Of a DNA stretch of 64,000 bases, positions 10,216 through 21,281 are shown piece by piece. Each line of letters starts with the position of its first letter. The stretch's first letter is position 1. The notes below the pieces were generated by a model. The model was not told where the DNA came from. It was given only the letters and a program-made list of their open reading frames with translations, and did not search any database. A program made the translations under genes and the position numbers. The stretch covers positions 24,300-88,299 of the forward strand of contig DASRDY010000285.1 in NCBI GenBank assembly GCA_035652355.1, given 5' to 3'. This stretch comes from Blastocatellia bacterium. Lineage in GTDB: Bacteria; Acidobacteriota; Blastocatellia; DASRDY01.

Positions 10216-11022
10216 ATGAGAGAGCAGGCAATCGAAAAATATAAACAAACCCACGAGCCTTTTTACATTTCTACTGCCAACGAAACTGACCTTTTCTTAG
10301 CCGCCCATAAAACGAAATTGCCGGTGATGTTGAAAGGTCCCACGGGATGCGGCAAGACGCGTTTCGTCGAATACATGGCTTGGCGTTTGAACCGTCCGCT
10401 TATAACAGTTGCATGCCACGAAGACCTGTCGGCAACAGACCTTGTCGGACGCTATCTGCTTGAGGGTGAAGACACGGTTTGGCACGACGGTCCCCTGACA
10501 ACCGCAGTTAAAAACGGAGCAATTTGCTATCTGGATGAGGTCGTCGAAGCTCGAAAAGACACTATCGTCCTTATCCACCCATTGACTGACGACCGGCGAA
10601 TCTTACCGGTTGAAAAGCTGGGCATCATCCTTGAAGCCCCTGACGAATTCATGCTGGTAGTTTCTTATAACCCGGGTTATCAGAGCGTCGTCAAGGATTT
10701 GAAACAATCGACCCGGCAGCGCTTTGTCAGCCTGGAATTTGATTACCCGAGCGTCACGAATGAAATCGCAATCGTCGCGCGGGAAGGGGGCATTGATGAA
10801 GCGACGGCTCGCGATCTGGTCGTGATCGGGCAAAAAGTGCGTAACTTGAAGGGTCACGGGTTAGAGGAAGGCGTTTCAACGCGTCTTCTGGTCTATGCTG
10901 CTCAATTGATAAGCAAAGGTATCCCTGCGCAGTCGGCATGTGAAGTCGCCATTATGAGCCCAATTACCGACGACAACGAACTCCAGCGGAGTATACGCGA
11001 AATCATAACAACCGTGATTTAG
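10216..11022 (+). CDS. MoxR-class AAA+ ATPase of the CbbQ/NorQ/NirQ type
   Basis: Walker A in [18 protein letters not shown]. Single AAA+ module of 268 aa. Sequence collinear with CbbQ/NorQ. Confidence 0.85.
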   Translation: MREQAIEKYKQTHEPFYISTANETDLFLAAHKTKLPVMLKGPTGCGKTRFVEYMAWRLNRPLITVACHEDLSATDLVGRYLLEGEDTVWHDGPLTTAVKNGAICYLDEVVEARKDTIVLIHPLTDDRRILPVEKLGIILEAPDEFMLVVSYNPGYQSVVKDLKQSTRQRFVSLEFDYPSVTNEIAIVAREGGIDEATARDLVVIGQKVRNLKGHGLEEGVSTRLLVYAAQLISKGIPAQSACEVAIMSPITDDNELQRSIREIITTVI

Positions 11023-11025
11023 AGG

Positions 11026-11113
11026 CAGTGGTCGGTGGTCAGTGGTCGGGGATCAGCAAAGAAAATTATTAAAAACTGATCCCTGACCACTGATCACCGA
11101 CCACCGACCACCG
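11026..11113 (+). promoter_or_regulatory. Long near-perfect stem-loop (about 30-bp stem, AT-rich 19-nt loop) between the MoxR and VWA genes
   Basis: CAGTGGTCGGTGGTCAGTGGTCGGGGATCAG – caaagaaaattattaaaaa – CTGATCCCTGACCACTGATCACCGACCACCG. There are 3 mismatches over about 31 bp. It lies immediately before the VWA gene start at 11117. Confidence 0.5.
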
Positions 11114-11116
11114 TTT

Positions 11117-14100
11117 ATGGATAGCAAGAACAAGATCAACGACACACTGAAAAAACACCTGAAAGGTGTCGCTGATTCGACAATCGAGAATTTGAGCGAT
11201 CGCCTTGGCGCGCAATCAGTCGAGCGCACCTGGCTGATGATGGATTTTGGCGCATCGCTGGCCGGTTATTCGCTCCGCCTCGCGGTTGAGTTTCTTCGCG
11301 CGGCCCCTGAAATTGCGAAATACACCGATAACAACGATGTCCGCAAATGGAGTGAAATCGGCAAACGCCTCGCTTCAACTTCGACGGATGTTGCCATCGA
11401 ATTCTTTCAGTCAAGCGTCGCGGTTCTTGCGCCATTAACACCCGCACAGCGGTCGCAGATTCTCGATTTGGTCAATAAGCAGTCGACTTTGTCCGCGAGC
11501 ATTGCGCTTGAATCATTCCGCTCGGCTACCGCTATCATTAAAGAACTGCCCAATGAGGCAGAAGCCAACGAGATCCTCGAGATCTGCTACGAAATCGCGC
11601 GTCATTCGGTCAAACACAGCAGCGATCTATTGAAAGAAGCTCCCGTCGTTACTGCTCATCTCCACAAGCTCGATGGCGGAAGCGGACTCACAGACAAGGC
11701 GTTGAAATTGACAATGGCATTCGCTTTCCGCAGCGGCGGAACGGCGGCCGAGTTTTTTAGTGCATTGCCCGAAGTTCTTTCGACTGATGACAGCGGGTCG
11801 TATTTGCGACTTTTCGAGCATACCAGCATGTTTCTTGAGCGCGGCGGCGGAGTCGCTCTGCAGTATTTCCGCGCCGCCGGAATTGTTCTGAACAACGCCG
11901 GATTGAACGCGTTTGAACGCTGGACCTTGTTATGCCAGTCTGTGGCGGCGCAGGGAAACGCCGCCAGTTATCATTTCCTGAAGGCGAGTCCAAAGATAAT
12001 CACCGACCTGACCGCTCAGGCGGGCAAGCAGAAAGCGTCCGAGCTTATCAACGGCGTGTTGGAAATCGTGGAAGAGGTCGGGCAAAAGAACACCGACGCT
12101 GCCGTCGAGTGTTTCAAGGCCAGTCCTCAGGCGCTACACTCCGCCAGTCTTCAGCAATTTCGCGAATGGGCACTGCGCGGGATCGGTCTCTATGCGAAAA
12201 GCACGCGCCGCGCGCAGGCGTATTATGCGCTGGAATCAAAAAGCAGCCAGGATACGCTTCAGGCTGTTGACGGTGGCTTAACTCTCGAATCGATTGCGCA
12301 AACATTGCGCCTGTATGTTGAAGGTTTGACCGGCCGTGTATTTGTTATCGCTCCTCTTACAGCGATTCCGGACGAAGCCAAAATCGGCGATGGACGCACT
12401 ATCCATTTGCCCTCCGTCGTTGCCGAATTTCCGACCGAAGCCGAGAACTTTCGATTGTACAAGGTTCTTGCTGCGCACGCCGCCGGGCAGGTTGAATTCG
12501 AAACCTACGCAACGAACACTCCGGAATTGTCTGCTGCATTAACCGACGTTATTCAGACTTTTGTTACCGACCCGAGGAAAGTTGCGCAGACAATCGAGCA
12601 AAAAATAAAAGAAGAGCAGGAACGAGCCGCAAACCAGAAAGATTCCAGCAAAAAGAAAACCCGGCAAAACGGTAACGGAACTGCTCTGCAGAATATAGAT
12701 TTCTCTAGAATACTGCGCGAATTTCCGTACCCCGGAGTAGCGACAAGAATCTTTGCAACAATCGAAAACGGCCGAATTGATCGTCGATTGCGTTATGCCT
12801 ATCGCGGGATTCGCAGAGATTTGGATTTCGTTCGCGAGCGTCTGATACAGCGTCGGCCGAGCATTACAGATGTTCCGCCGCAAATGCTGCTGTTCGAGCT
12901 TTTGTTTCAGATCGCTCTTTGCGGTGGCGCGAGCGATGAAGCGCGAATGCATTTCGGCAAAATCATCACCTTGCTGGAAGACACAGTTGAATCGCATATC
13001 AACTCGCCGACAGCGTCGGTTGCAGACACTGTAATCGCCACTTTGCGTGTGTATGAAATGCTGGAAAAGCAACCTGATCAGGAACAATCGAAAGAAGGCG
13101 AGGGCAACGAGAACCAGCAGGACAGCGAAGGTGAAGAATCTTCTTCAGCTGACGCTACGACCGGAGAAGGCAAAGACGCTGCAGATGGAACGGACCCGTT
13201 GTCGTTCTGGACAGTAGATCAGTTGTCGGACTCTTCGCAGGAAGAGAAGACCAGCGCACTGTTTGAGACAACCGAATCGCCGGAGCAGGATTTGGAGCCC
13301 GGCGATAAGGCTTTCTATTACGATGAATGGGATCGCGAGTTAAGCGATTATCGCACGAAGTGGTGTCGGGTGATCCAACGTCGCAGTACGCGTGGCTCTC
13401 GCCAGTTTGTTGAAAAGACCCGAAGCCATTACGCCGGGGTTATCTCCTCGATTCGTTATCAGTTTCAGTTGTTGAAACTGGAGAGTCTGCGTCGCGTGTA
13501 CAACGAACTGGATGGTGAGGATTTCGATCTGCAATCAGTTATTCAATACATAGTTGATCGTCGAACAACCGGCAAAGTGTCAGAGCGACTCTACATTCGG
13601 AAACTTCGTCGCGAACGCGACGTCGCGGTCGGATTCCTTTTGGATATGTCCAGCTCGACTGCGCGAACGGTGGGCCGACACCCGAAACAACCTTATACAA
13701 AACCAGGACAGCGCATTATCGATATCGAAAAAGAAGGACTTGTATTGATGAGCGAGGCCCTGGAAGCCGTAGGTGATGCCTACGCGATGTACGGCTTCAC
13801 CAGTGAAGGCCGCCACAACGTGAAATTCTATGTGATTAAAGAATTTGGCGAACAGTATTCGGCCGAAGTCGAACGTCGCATAGGCGGAATCAGTTATCAG
13901 AACAATACTCGACTTGGCGCTGCGATTCGCCATTCGGCCGCGCATTTGCAGAAAGAATCAGCGCGGACAAAACTGCTGATTATTCTCAGCGATGGTCGAC
14001 CTTACGATCACGATTATGGCGACACGCGTTATGCTCGTGAAGACACAAAGATGGCCTTGCGGCAGGCGCGAATCAGCGGAATCACGCCGTTCTGCATCAC

Positions 14101-14224
14101 GATTGAGCGTGAAGGTGAAGATCAGTTAAAGGACATGTACGGCGAAGTCGGCTATACGATTATAGACAACGTGCTGTCGTTGCCGGAACGCTTGCCAGGC
14201 ATCTATCGCCGACTGACGACCTGA
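11117..14224 (+). CDS. CbbO/NorD-like von Willebrand factor A protein (MoxR partner) with a long helical-repeat N-terminal region
   Basis: C-terminal VWA/MIDAS signature: [16 protein letters not shown]…[12 protein letters not shown]…[10 protein letters not shown]. The preceding 700 aa is a repetitive alpha-helical region. The gene is immediately downstream of the CbbQ-like ATPase. Confidence 0.75.
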   Translation: MDSKNKINDTLKKHLKGVADSTIENLSDRLGAQSVERTWLMMDFGASLAGYSLRLAVEFLRAAPEIAKYTDNNDVRKWSEIGKRLASTSTDVAIEFFQSSVAVLAPLTPAQRSQILDLVNKQSTLSASIALESFRSATAIIKELPNEAEANEILEICYEIARHSVKHSSDLLKEAPVVTAHLHKLDGGSGLTDKALKLTMAFAFRSGGTAAEFFSALPEVLSTDDSGSYLRLFEHTSMFLERGGGVALQYFRAAGIVLNNAGLNAFERWTLLCQSVAAQGNAASYHFLKASPKIITDLTAQAGKQKASELINGVLEIVEEVGQKNTDAAVECFKASPQALHSASLQQFREWALRGIGLYAKSTRRAQAYYALESKSSQDTLQAVDGGLTLESIAQTLRLYVEGLTGRVFVIAPLTAIPDEAKIGDGRTIHLPSVVAEFPTEAENFRLYKVLAAHAAGQVEFETYATNTPELSAALTDVIQTFVTDPRKVAQTIEQKIKEEQERAANQKDSSKKKTRQNGNGTALQNIDFSRILREFPYPGVATRIFATIENGRIDRRLRYAYRGIRRDLDFVRERLIQRRPSITDVPPQMLLFELLFQIALCGGASDEARMHFGKIITLLEDTVESHINSPTASVADTVIATLRVYEMLEKQPDQEQSKEGEGNENQQDSEGEESSSADATTGEGKDAADGTDPLSFWTVDQLSDSSQEEKTSALFETTESPEQDLEPGDKAFYYDEWDRELSDYRTKWCRVIQRRSTRGSRQFVEKTRSHYAGVISSIRYQFQLLKLESLRRVYNELDGEDFDLQSVIQYIVDRRTTGKVSERLYIRKLRRERDVAVGFLLDMSSSTARTVGRHPKQPYTKPGQRIIDIEKEGLVLMSEALEAVGDAYAMYGFTSEGRHNVKFYVIKEFGEQYSAEVERRIGGISYQNNTRLGAAIRHSAAHLQKESARTKLLIILSDGRPYDHDYGDTRYAREDTKMALRQARISGITPFCITIEREGEDQLKDMYGEVGYTIIDNVLSLPERLPGIYRRLTT

Positions 14225-14289
14225 TCGTCGGTTCCAGGCGCGATACCACAACTGTTACTGACGGCATGCACTTTTCGCGATACCTAAGA

Positions 14290-16233
14290 TTAAGCCGATG
14301 CGGTAAATATCGCTGCCAGATCTTCAATCCTCGAGGTTATTCTGCAATGCGGAAGACTTTCAAGGAAGATGCGACCGTATGCCTTTGTGCGCAGCCGGGG
14401 ATCAAGCACAGACAGGACGCCGCGGTCGGTTGTGCTCCTGATCAGTCGACCCAAACCCTGCTTCAGTGTGATTACTGCTTCCGGAACCGAGTATTCGAGG
14501 AAGGAATTCCCGCCGTGCGACTCTATATATTTTTGACGAGCGGCAACCACCGGATCGCTTGGAACGGCAAAAGGCAATTTGTCAATGATCACGCAGGAGA
14601 GCGCTTCGCCCTGCACATCTACACCCTGCCAGAAGCTGGATGTGGCAAACAAAACCGAATTCGGGGTCTTCTTGAACTTCTCGAGCAGCCCCGTCTTTGA
14701 ACCCTGGCCCTGGATCAGAAGAGGGAAATCGACCATTTCAGCAACCAGTTTGTATGCTTCGCGCATGGCGGTGACGCTGGTGAACAACACGAATGCGCGA
14801 CCAGAGGTTACTTCCAGCAGTTTCACTATTTCGTCGACGGCAGCAGACATATATTGCGGGCTTCTTGGGTCAGGCATTCGCGGAGGAAGATAAAGAATCG
14901 ACTGATTTTCAAAATCGAAATGCGAATCGATTATCAGCTCATCAGCTTGTTCAATACCTAATCGTGAGCGAATGAATTGAAAGCTGCCACCCGTAGTCAA
15001 CGTCGCCGAAGTCAGGATCGCCGTATTAACCTTTTCAAAGAGCCGTTCCGATAACAGCCCAGACACATCGATCGGCGTTGCCTGAAGGAAGACGCCGCGA
15101 CCACGACGCTCGTACCAGTAAACGAACGTCGGATCATCGCCGGTGACGATGAACTCCATTTCGTTCTTTATCTGCTTTGCGCGTCGCACCAGAGTTTCTA
15201 TCTCTGGCGGCGCTTCTTTGATTCCGGTTAAGGTGGCAATCATGCTATCGAGCGTGTTATCAACCGCGAGATAACTTTCGCCGGCCGCGCTCGGAGCGCG
15301 GCTTTCTCGATCATCGCGAAAGAAATGACTTCTCGGCAGCGCGTAGCGTCCATCATATATCTCTGCGCTGTGAAGAAAAGTCAGGAAGAACCGGTCGCTG
15401 CGTTGTTGCAATCGCGCGCAAACTCGGGCCAGTTCCGAATTGACGTCGGCATCCGGAATAAAAGTCAGGGTGACATCACGAACCAGATCAGCGATTCGAT
15501 AGTTGCTGACCTGCGCGCCGAAATAGTTAGCGGCTATGTCTTCGATCTCGTGGGCTTCATCAAAGATAACGATGTCGTAATCGGGAAGCACCGCTCCGTA
15601 ATCATTGTCGCGAAGCGCGAGATCAGCAAAGAACAGATGATGATTGACGATAACGATGTCGGAATCCAAAGCTCGCGTTCGCATTTTGGTGACAAAGCAC
15701 GGGTCGAAATCGGGACATTTCTGTCCTAGGCAGATTTCACCGCGAGCATCTATCGCATTCCAAAAGCTCAAATGCTCTGGCAGATCGACAAGCTCCGCCC
15801 GGTCGCCGATCTCGGTTGCCATCACCCATTTTCGAACGACGTCGAAATAATCGATATCTTCCAGACCCTCCAGGATCGGCATGTGCTCTGCCTTTTTCAG
15901 CCGGTAGAGGCAGGCGTAATTCGAGCGACCTTTCATATATGCGGCTCGGAATTTACGGGGAAGAATATCCTGTAAAAAGGGGATATCTTTGTGAAAGAGT
16001 TGTTCCTGCAAATTCTTCGTGCCCGTAGAGACAATGATCCGTTGTCCCGCCGCGATAGCGGGAATCAAATAGGCAAGCGTCTTTCCTGTCCCCGTTCCCG
16101 CCTCGACACACAGATGATGTCGATTTTCGATGGCGCGTTGAACTGCCTCAGCCATGACAATCTGACCGGGTCGGAATTCATAATTACTGTGGTGCTCGGC
16201 GATCAGACCACCGGGACCGAATACTGAGTGCAT
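14290..16233 (-). CDS. dinG: DinG/Rad3(XPD)-family ATP-dependent DNA helicase
   Basis: Walker A VEAGTGTGKTLAYLIP. DEAH-type box IVIFDEAHEIED. C-terminal helicase motifs (…QGLGRLIRS…). Confidence 0.8.
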   Translation of the reverse strand: MHSVFGPGGLIAEHHSNYEFRPGQIVMAEAVQRAIENRHHLCVEAGTGTGKTLAYLIPAIAAGQRIIVSTGTKNLQEQLFHKDIPFLQDILPRKFRAAYMKGRSNYACLYRLKKAEHMPILEGLEDIDYFDVVRKWVMATEIGDRAELVDLPEHLSFWNAIDARGEICLGQKCPDFDPCFVTKMRTRALDSDIVIVNHHLFFADLALRDNDYGAVLPDYDIVIFDEAHEIEDIAANYFGAQVSNYRIADLVRDVTLTFIPDADVNSELARVCARLQQRSDRFFLTFLHSAEIYDGRYALPRSHFFRDDRESRAPSAAGESYLAVDNTLDSMIATLTGIKEAPPEIETLVRRAKQIKNEMEFIVTGDDPTFVYWYERRGRGVFLQATPIDVSGLLSERLFEKVNTAILTSATLTTGGSFQFIRSRLGIEQADELIIDSHFDFENQSILYLPPRMPDPRSPQYMSAAVDEIVKLLEVTSGRAFVLFTSVTAMREAYKLVAEMVDFPLLIQGQGSKTGLLEKFKKTPNSVLFATSSFWQGVDVQGEALSCVIIDKLPFAVPSDPVVAARQKYIESHGGNSFLEYSVPEAVITLKQGLGRLIRSTTDRGVLSVLDPRLRTKAYGRIFLESLPHCRITSRIEDLAAIFTASA

Positions 16234-16389
16234 AGCGGATAAGTTTCGGGGCTGTGGGTGATACTGTCAAGGGTTCAGCGGCAAAGCTGTCATCGGTAAA
16301 GGAAAACTTGCGAATTTTAAAATAGTCTTCATAATTTTAAATAACTTCTCCCCGCAAAGACGGGCACCAAGCTAGTCAAGGGGAGGACG

Positions 16390-17337
16390 ATGTACCATCG
16401 GATTATCGATCTTGTCAGTATAAGTTCTGAGAGTTTCCATCGGCTAATTCTGACTTTTTCGTTTCTTATAGCGCTGGGGCTATTCCGTCTGATCGTTGAG
16501 CTGATCGGCCGGTTTGTGTTGCGTGGTCAGCACGAGCGAATGCGGTTCTGGCTGTGGCAAGTCATCAGCATGATCTCAGCGGTTGTGCTGGTGCTTGGAA
16601 TCGTTTCCATCTGGTTTGAAGATCCCAGGCGATTAACCACTGCAGTGGGACTCGTGACCGCAGGTGTGGCGTTCGCGCTGCAAAAGGTTATCACGGCTTT
16701 TGCAGGATATTTTGTGATTTTGCGTGGCAGGAACTTCACGATTGGCGATCGCATTGCGATGGGTGGCGTGCGCGGCGATGTTATGGCGCTAGGGTTTATG
16801 CAGACGACGATCATGGAGATGGGGCAGTCGCCGCCGGAACAGGAAGACGCTCCATCGGTGTGGATAAAAAGTCGACAGTACACGGGGCGAATCGTAACTG
16901 TCACCAACGATAAGATCTTTGAGCAACCTGTTTACAATTACACTCGCGAGTTTCCGTTTATCTGGGAAGAGATGACTCTTCCGATAGCCTACAAAGATAA
17001 TTACAAACGCGCGGAAGAGATCTTGTTGGAGGTCGCGGAACGTCACACGCAAAAAATGATAGAGCTGGCTGGTGAGGCGCTCGTGGAAATGAAGGAGCAC
17101 TATTACATGCATCCTTCGGTTATGAAACCGAAAGTGTATTACCGTCTTACCGACAACTGGATAGAGCTTGCGGTGCGTTTCATAACTACGACACCGGGAA
17201 CTCGCAGGATGAAGGACGCGATGAGTCGCGAGATACTGGCCGCACTCGAAGCGGCTAATATCGGGGTTGCTTCTTCGACATACGACATTGTGGGGTTTCC
17301 TCCGGTGCGTCTGCAACTGGAAAGGAAACCGAAGTAA
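16390..17337 (+). CDS. mscS: Small-conductance mechanosensitive channel (MscS family)
   Basis: N-terminal TM helices followed by the MscS beta-domain signature …FAGYFVILRGRNFTIGDRIAMGGVRGDVMALGFMQTTIME. Confidence 0.8.
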   Translation: MYHRIIDLVSISSESFHRLILTFSFLIALGLFRLIVELIGRFVLRGQHERMRFWLWQVISMISAVVLVLGIVSIWFEDPRRLTTAVGLVTAGVAFALQKVITAFAGYFVILRGRNFTIGDRIAMGGVRGDVMALGFMQTTIMEMGQSPPEQEDAPSVWIKSRQYTGRIVTVTNDKIFEQPVYNYTREFPFIWEEMTLPIAYKDNYKRAEEILLEVAERHTQKMIELAGEALVEMKEHYYMHPSVMKPKVYYRLTDNWIELAVRFITTTPGTRRMKDAMSREILAALEAANIGVASSTYDIVGFPPVRLQLERKPK

Positions 17338-17442
17338 CCCCGCAGCGTACGCATCTAGCATGCGTGGTTAATAAACAGGCCCGCTTTTGATAATAAAGAT
17401 CACCTGATGGGAGTTAAGCATCCGACGCGTGCTCTGCCAGGA

Positions 17443-20400
17443 TCAGGCAAACGCCTCGTTGACCAATTGGTGCTGTTCCATCTGGTGGATCGCGTAAACA
17501 CCGGTTGCAGGGCTCGCACTGCGTGCTCGACCAACGTATCTGACCGTGTAACCTTCGGGCAATACTTCATCGATACGCGGACGCACAAAAGTCCAGCCGC
17601 CCATATTCTTTGCCTCTTCCTGAACCCAGCGGAAATCCTTCGCTGAAGTAAAGGTCTTCAGGTAGCGCTCCATCATATTCTTCGGGAAAGGATAGAACTG
17701 TTCCAGGCGAACAATCGCGGTGCCGGTGTCTTTCAACTCCTGCCGTTTTGCATCAAGATCGTAATAAACTTTGCCGCTGCAGATCAGCACACGCTCAATT
17801 TGTGACGGATCCTTCACAATCGAGTCTTCGATGATCGGATTAAATCCGCCACTGGTGAACTCGTCGATTGGTGAAACCGCGTGCGGGTGACGCAGCAGAC
17901 TCTTTGGGGTCATCATTACCAAAGGCTTGCTGGGCGTCTGTTTGATTTGACGTCGCAGCACGTGAAAATATTGGGCCGGCGTCGAACAGTAAACGACCTG
18001 CATGTTGTCTTCAGCCGACAATTGCAGAAACCGTTCCAGTCGAGCGCTGGAATGTTCGGGGCCTTGACCTTCATAACCGTGCGGCAACAACATCACCAAT
18101 CTGCTCTTCTGATTCCATTTTTCTTCGCCTGCCGCGATGAACTGATCGACGATGACCTGAGCAACGTTCACGAAGTCGCCGAACTGCGCTTCCCACAAGG
18201 TCAATGTCTTTGGTGCGGCCACGCTGTAGCCATATTCGAAGCCGAGAACCCCTTGCTCCGACAATGAGCTGTCGAAAATCTCCAGACGCGCCTGGTCCGA
18301 TCTCATCTCTGCCAATGGAGTCCACGGCTGATCCGTCTGCGTATCGAACAGCACCATATGACGCTGACTGAACGTACCTCGACTGCTGTCCTCTCCCGTT
18401 AAGCGCACGGGAGTGCCTTCCAGCAACAGAGCGCCGAATGCGAGTGCTTCGGCAAACGCCCAATCTACAGGTACTTCGCCGGTCGCCATCTTTGCGCGAC
18501 GCGCGAGCAGCCCGACAACTTTTGGATTCAAATGAAAGCCTTTGGGAACGGTTGTCACAGCGCTGGCGATTGTTTGAAGCGTTCCCTGATCGACGTCGGT
18601 TTCAACCGTTTCGGTCTCGGCTTTCTCCTGAATGACGGGCGGGATCGTTATCGGTTGTCGACGGCTGACAATCTCCTTCGCGCCAAGATACGCGTTTTCA
18701 TAACGGCGATTGCGTTCGTCGTTTAATGCGTCGAACTCTTCCTGAGTATAAACGCCTTCTTTGACTAGTTTCTGTCCGTACAACATTCGCACACCCGGAT
18801 GCTCGCGGATGCGCTGGTACATGACGGGCTGTGTGTAGGACGGCTCGTCACCTTCATTGTGACCGTGACGCCGAAAACCAATCAGATCGATGACGACATC
18901 CTTATGGAACTTCATTCGATAGTCGAGCGCGATTCTCATCACATGATACGCGGCTTCCGGATCATCCGCGTTAACATGGAATATCGGGACCTGGATCATC
19001 TTCGCGACATCAGTGCTGTATAGCGATGAGCGAAGTTGCTCTGCCGGCGTCGTAAATCCAATCTGATTATTAACGATAATGTGAATAGTTCCACCGACAC
19101 GATAACCTTTCAGCTGAGAGAAATTCAGCGTCTCCGCCACTACTCCCTGACCGGAGAAGGCAGCATCGCCGTGAAGCAGGATAGGCATTGCCCTGTCATT
19201 GGCGCCATTCGCCCGACCGCCGAACAGCGTGTCTTGTTTAGCGCGAACTAATCCTTCCACTACGGGATCGACAAACTCGAGATGGCTGGGATTGAATGCA
19301 ACCGATAAAGCGATATTTCCGTATTCGGTCTCACGTTCGCCGCTGGCGCCCTGATGGTATTTTACGTCACCCTGATCTGATGGGAAATTTGGATGGACCG
19401 AGCCTTCAAAACTGGTGAAGATCCGCTCGCAGAAATGCCCAATCACATTGGCGATCACATTTAGCCGACCGCGATGCGACATTCCGATGGTTATGTCTTT
19501 GATCTCTCTTTCGGCGGCATGTTCGACCAGTTGATCCAGCAGCGCGACGGTCGTTTCCGTGCCTTCAACAGAGAAACGTTTTTGTCCAAGGTATTTTGTG
19601 CCCAGGAATTTTTCAAACAGCTCCGCCGAAATCAGCTTCCACAGGATACGTTTCCTGACCTCGACCGGTATTTCCGGTCGGGGTTCCTCAATGCGATCGC
19701 GCAGCCAGTCTTTTTCCGCAGGGCTCGAAATATTCCGATATTCAATTGCAATTGTGCCGCAGTATGCCTGTCGAAGTTTGGCTAGAATATCGCGCAGCGT
19801 CGCCTTTTCAACTCTGCCCAACCCGCCAGTGATGAATTCGCGATCGAGATCCCAGATCGTCAATCCGTAATACTCAATGTCCAGCTCGGGATGTTGTTGT
19901 ATGGCGGTGGCGCGGAGCGGATCGATATCGGCGATCATGTGACCGCGAACGCGGTAGGCATTTATCAATTCAATGACGCGAGCCTGTTTCTTAATCTCTT
20001 CCTGCCAGCGGTCGCCGCCAAGCAATGCAGGATTGCGATCAACAGCCCAGCGTAAAGGCTTGAACGGGATCTTCAGGTCGGCAAAGATCTCATCGTAGAA
20101 ATCATGTTTGCCCAGCAAATAGTCGCTAATCAGGGCAAGGAAAGCTCCGGATTCCGCACCTTGCACGATCCTGTGATCATAGGTGCTGGTAATCGTCATC
20201 ACCTTACTTATGCCAAGTTGCGAGAGCGCTTCGGGTGACATTGCCTGATATTCAGCCGGATATTCTATCGCGCCCGTTGCGATAATCAAACCCTGTCCCG
20301 ACATCAACCGAGGATTCGAAGCGTTAGTCCCGATTGTGCCAGGATTGGTCAGGCTTATAGTCGTTCCCTGGAAATCAGACACCTGAATCTTTCCATCGCG

Positions 20401-21102
20401 AGCGCGAAATACAATGTCGTCGTATGCGGCCAGCAATTGCGAAAAGGTGAGATGATTCGCGCCTTTGATATTCGGCACGAGTAACGTTCTGCTGCCGTCG
20501 CTTTTCGTCAGATCGATTGCTAATCCAAGGTTCACCTCAGATCGCTTTACTCGAAAAGCGCTCCCGTCGATAGCTTCGTAACCATCATTGAGCTGCGGGA
20601 ATTTCTGCAATGCCTTGATAATCGCCCATGCGATCAAATGAGTGTAAGAAGCCTTGCGTTTGCCATCGTGCTGTAATTGTTCATTGATCAAACGGCGATT
20701 TTCTTCCGCAACTTTCAATGGTATGTGTCGCTGCGAAGTCGCTGTCGGAACAGCAAGGCTCTGCTCCATATTCTCGGCGATCTTTAATGCGCCGCCTCGG
20801 ATGGGTACTTTGTCGCCCTCAAGCGAAATCTCTGCTTTTGGCGCAGGCCTGGTTTGAACCGGAGCAGGCGCTGACGCGACCGGTTCTGTTTTGGCCGCTC
20901 CTCCCCCGTTGGTCTCGCGCTTTGCTTTGCGGCTTGCTCCATCACTGTCGATAAGTCTTTCGAAATATTCGCGCCACTCTTCATCCACCAGCGCGGGATT
21001 TGCCTGAAATTGACTCAACAATTCTGCGACGTACGAGGCATTCGAGCCGAACTCAGCATCGATGATCTGAGTCAAGTCTGGTTCTTTCTGTCGTCTAGCC
21101 AC
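17443..21102 (-). CDS. kgd: Multifunctional 2-oxoglutarate decarboxylase/dehydrogenase E1 with fused E2-like N-terminal segment (KGD/OdhA type)
   Basis: 1,219 aa. The N-terminus MARRQKEPDLTQIIDAEFGSNASYVAELLSQFQANP… matches actinobacterial-type Kgd, followed by an Ala/Pro-rich linker, an E2 catalytic-like region and the TPP-dependent E1 core. Confidence 0.9.
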   Translation of the reverse strand: MARRQKEPDLTQIIDAEFGSNASYVAELLSQFQANPALVDEEWREYFERLIDSDGASRKAKRETNGGGAAKTEPVASAPAPVQTRPAPKAEISLEGDKVPIRGGALKIAENMEQSLAVPTATSQRHIPLKVAEENRRLINEQLQHDGKRKASYTHLIAWAIIKALQKFPQLNDGYEAIDGSAFRVKRSEVNLGLAIDLTKSDGSRTLLVPNIKGANHLTFSQLLAAYDDIVFRARDGKIQVSDFQGTTISLTNPGTIGTNASNPRLMSGQGLIIATGAIEYPAEYQAMSPEALSQLGISKVMTITSTYDHRIVQGAESGAFLALISDYLLGKHDFYDEIFADLKIPFKPLRWAVDRNPALLGGDRWQEEIKKQARVIELINAYRVRGHMIADIDPLRATAIQQHPELDIEYYGLTIWDLDREFITGGLGRVEKATLRDILAKLRQAYCGTIAIEYRNISSPAEKDWLRDRIEEPRPEIPVEVRKRILWKLISAELFEKFLGTKYLGQKRFSVEGTETTVALLDQLVEHAAEREIKDITIGMSHRGRLNVIANVIGHFCERIFTSFEGSVHPNFPSDQGDVKYHQGASGERETEYGNIALSVAFNPSHLEFVDPVVEGLVRAKQDTLFGGRANGANDRAMPILLHGDAAFSGQGVVAETLNFSQLKGYRVGGTIHIIVNNQIGFTTPAEQLRSSLYSTDVAKMIQVPIFHVNADDPEAAYHVMRIALDYRMKFHKDVVIDLIGFRRHGHNEGDEPSYTQPVMYQRIREHPGVRMLYGQKLVKEGVYTQEEFDALNDERNRRYENAYLGAKEIVSRRQPITIPPVIQEKAETETVETDVDQGTLQTIASAVTTVPKGFHLNPKVVGLLARRAKMATGEVPVDWAFAEALAFGALLLEGTPVRLTGEDSSRGTFSQRHMVLFDTQTDQPWTPLAEMRSDQARLEIFDSSLSEQGVLGFEYGYSVAAPKTLTLWEAQFGDFVNVAQVIVDQFIAAGEEKWNQKSRLVMLLPHGYEGQGPEHSSARLERFLQLSAEDNMQVVYCSTPAQYFHVLRRQIKQTPSKPLVMMTPKSLLRHPHAVSPIDEFTSGGFNPIIEDSIVKDPSQIERVLICSGKVYYDLDAKRQELKDTGTAIVRLEQFYPFPKNMMERYLKTFTSAKDFRWVQEEAKNMGGWTFVRPRIDEVLPEGYTVRYVGRARSASPATGVYAIHQMEQHQLVNEAFA

Positions 21103-21281
21103 GACAATTTCCTCTCTAAAAGACAGTGTCCGAACCTAGAATCATACAACGTAGGCACAAGTAAGCAAGGGAAAGCGATCTCTGGTAAAAAATCGTAAAA
21201 AGTCGACGTTTATCCTGCTGATGAAATCGAAACTGAGCTAAGATCAATCAAATTTCAGCGGCGTCAACGGTTGGTAAAATC

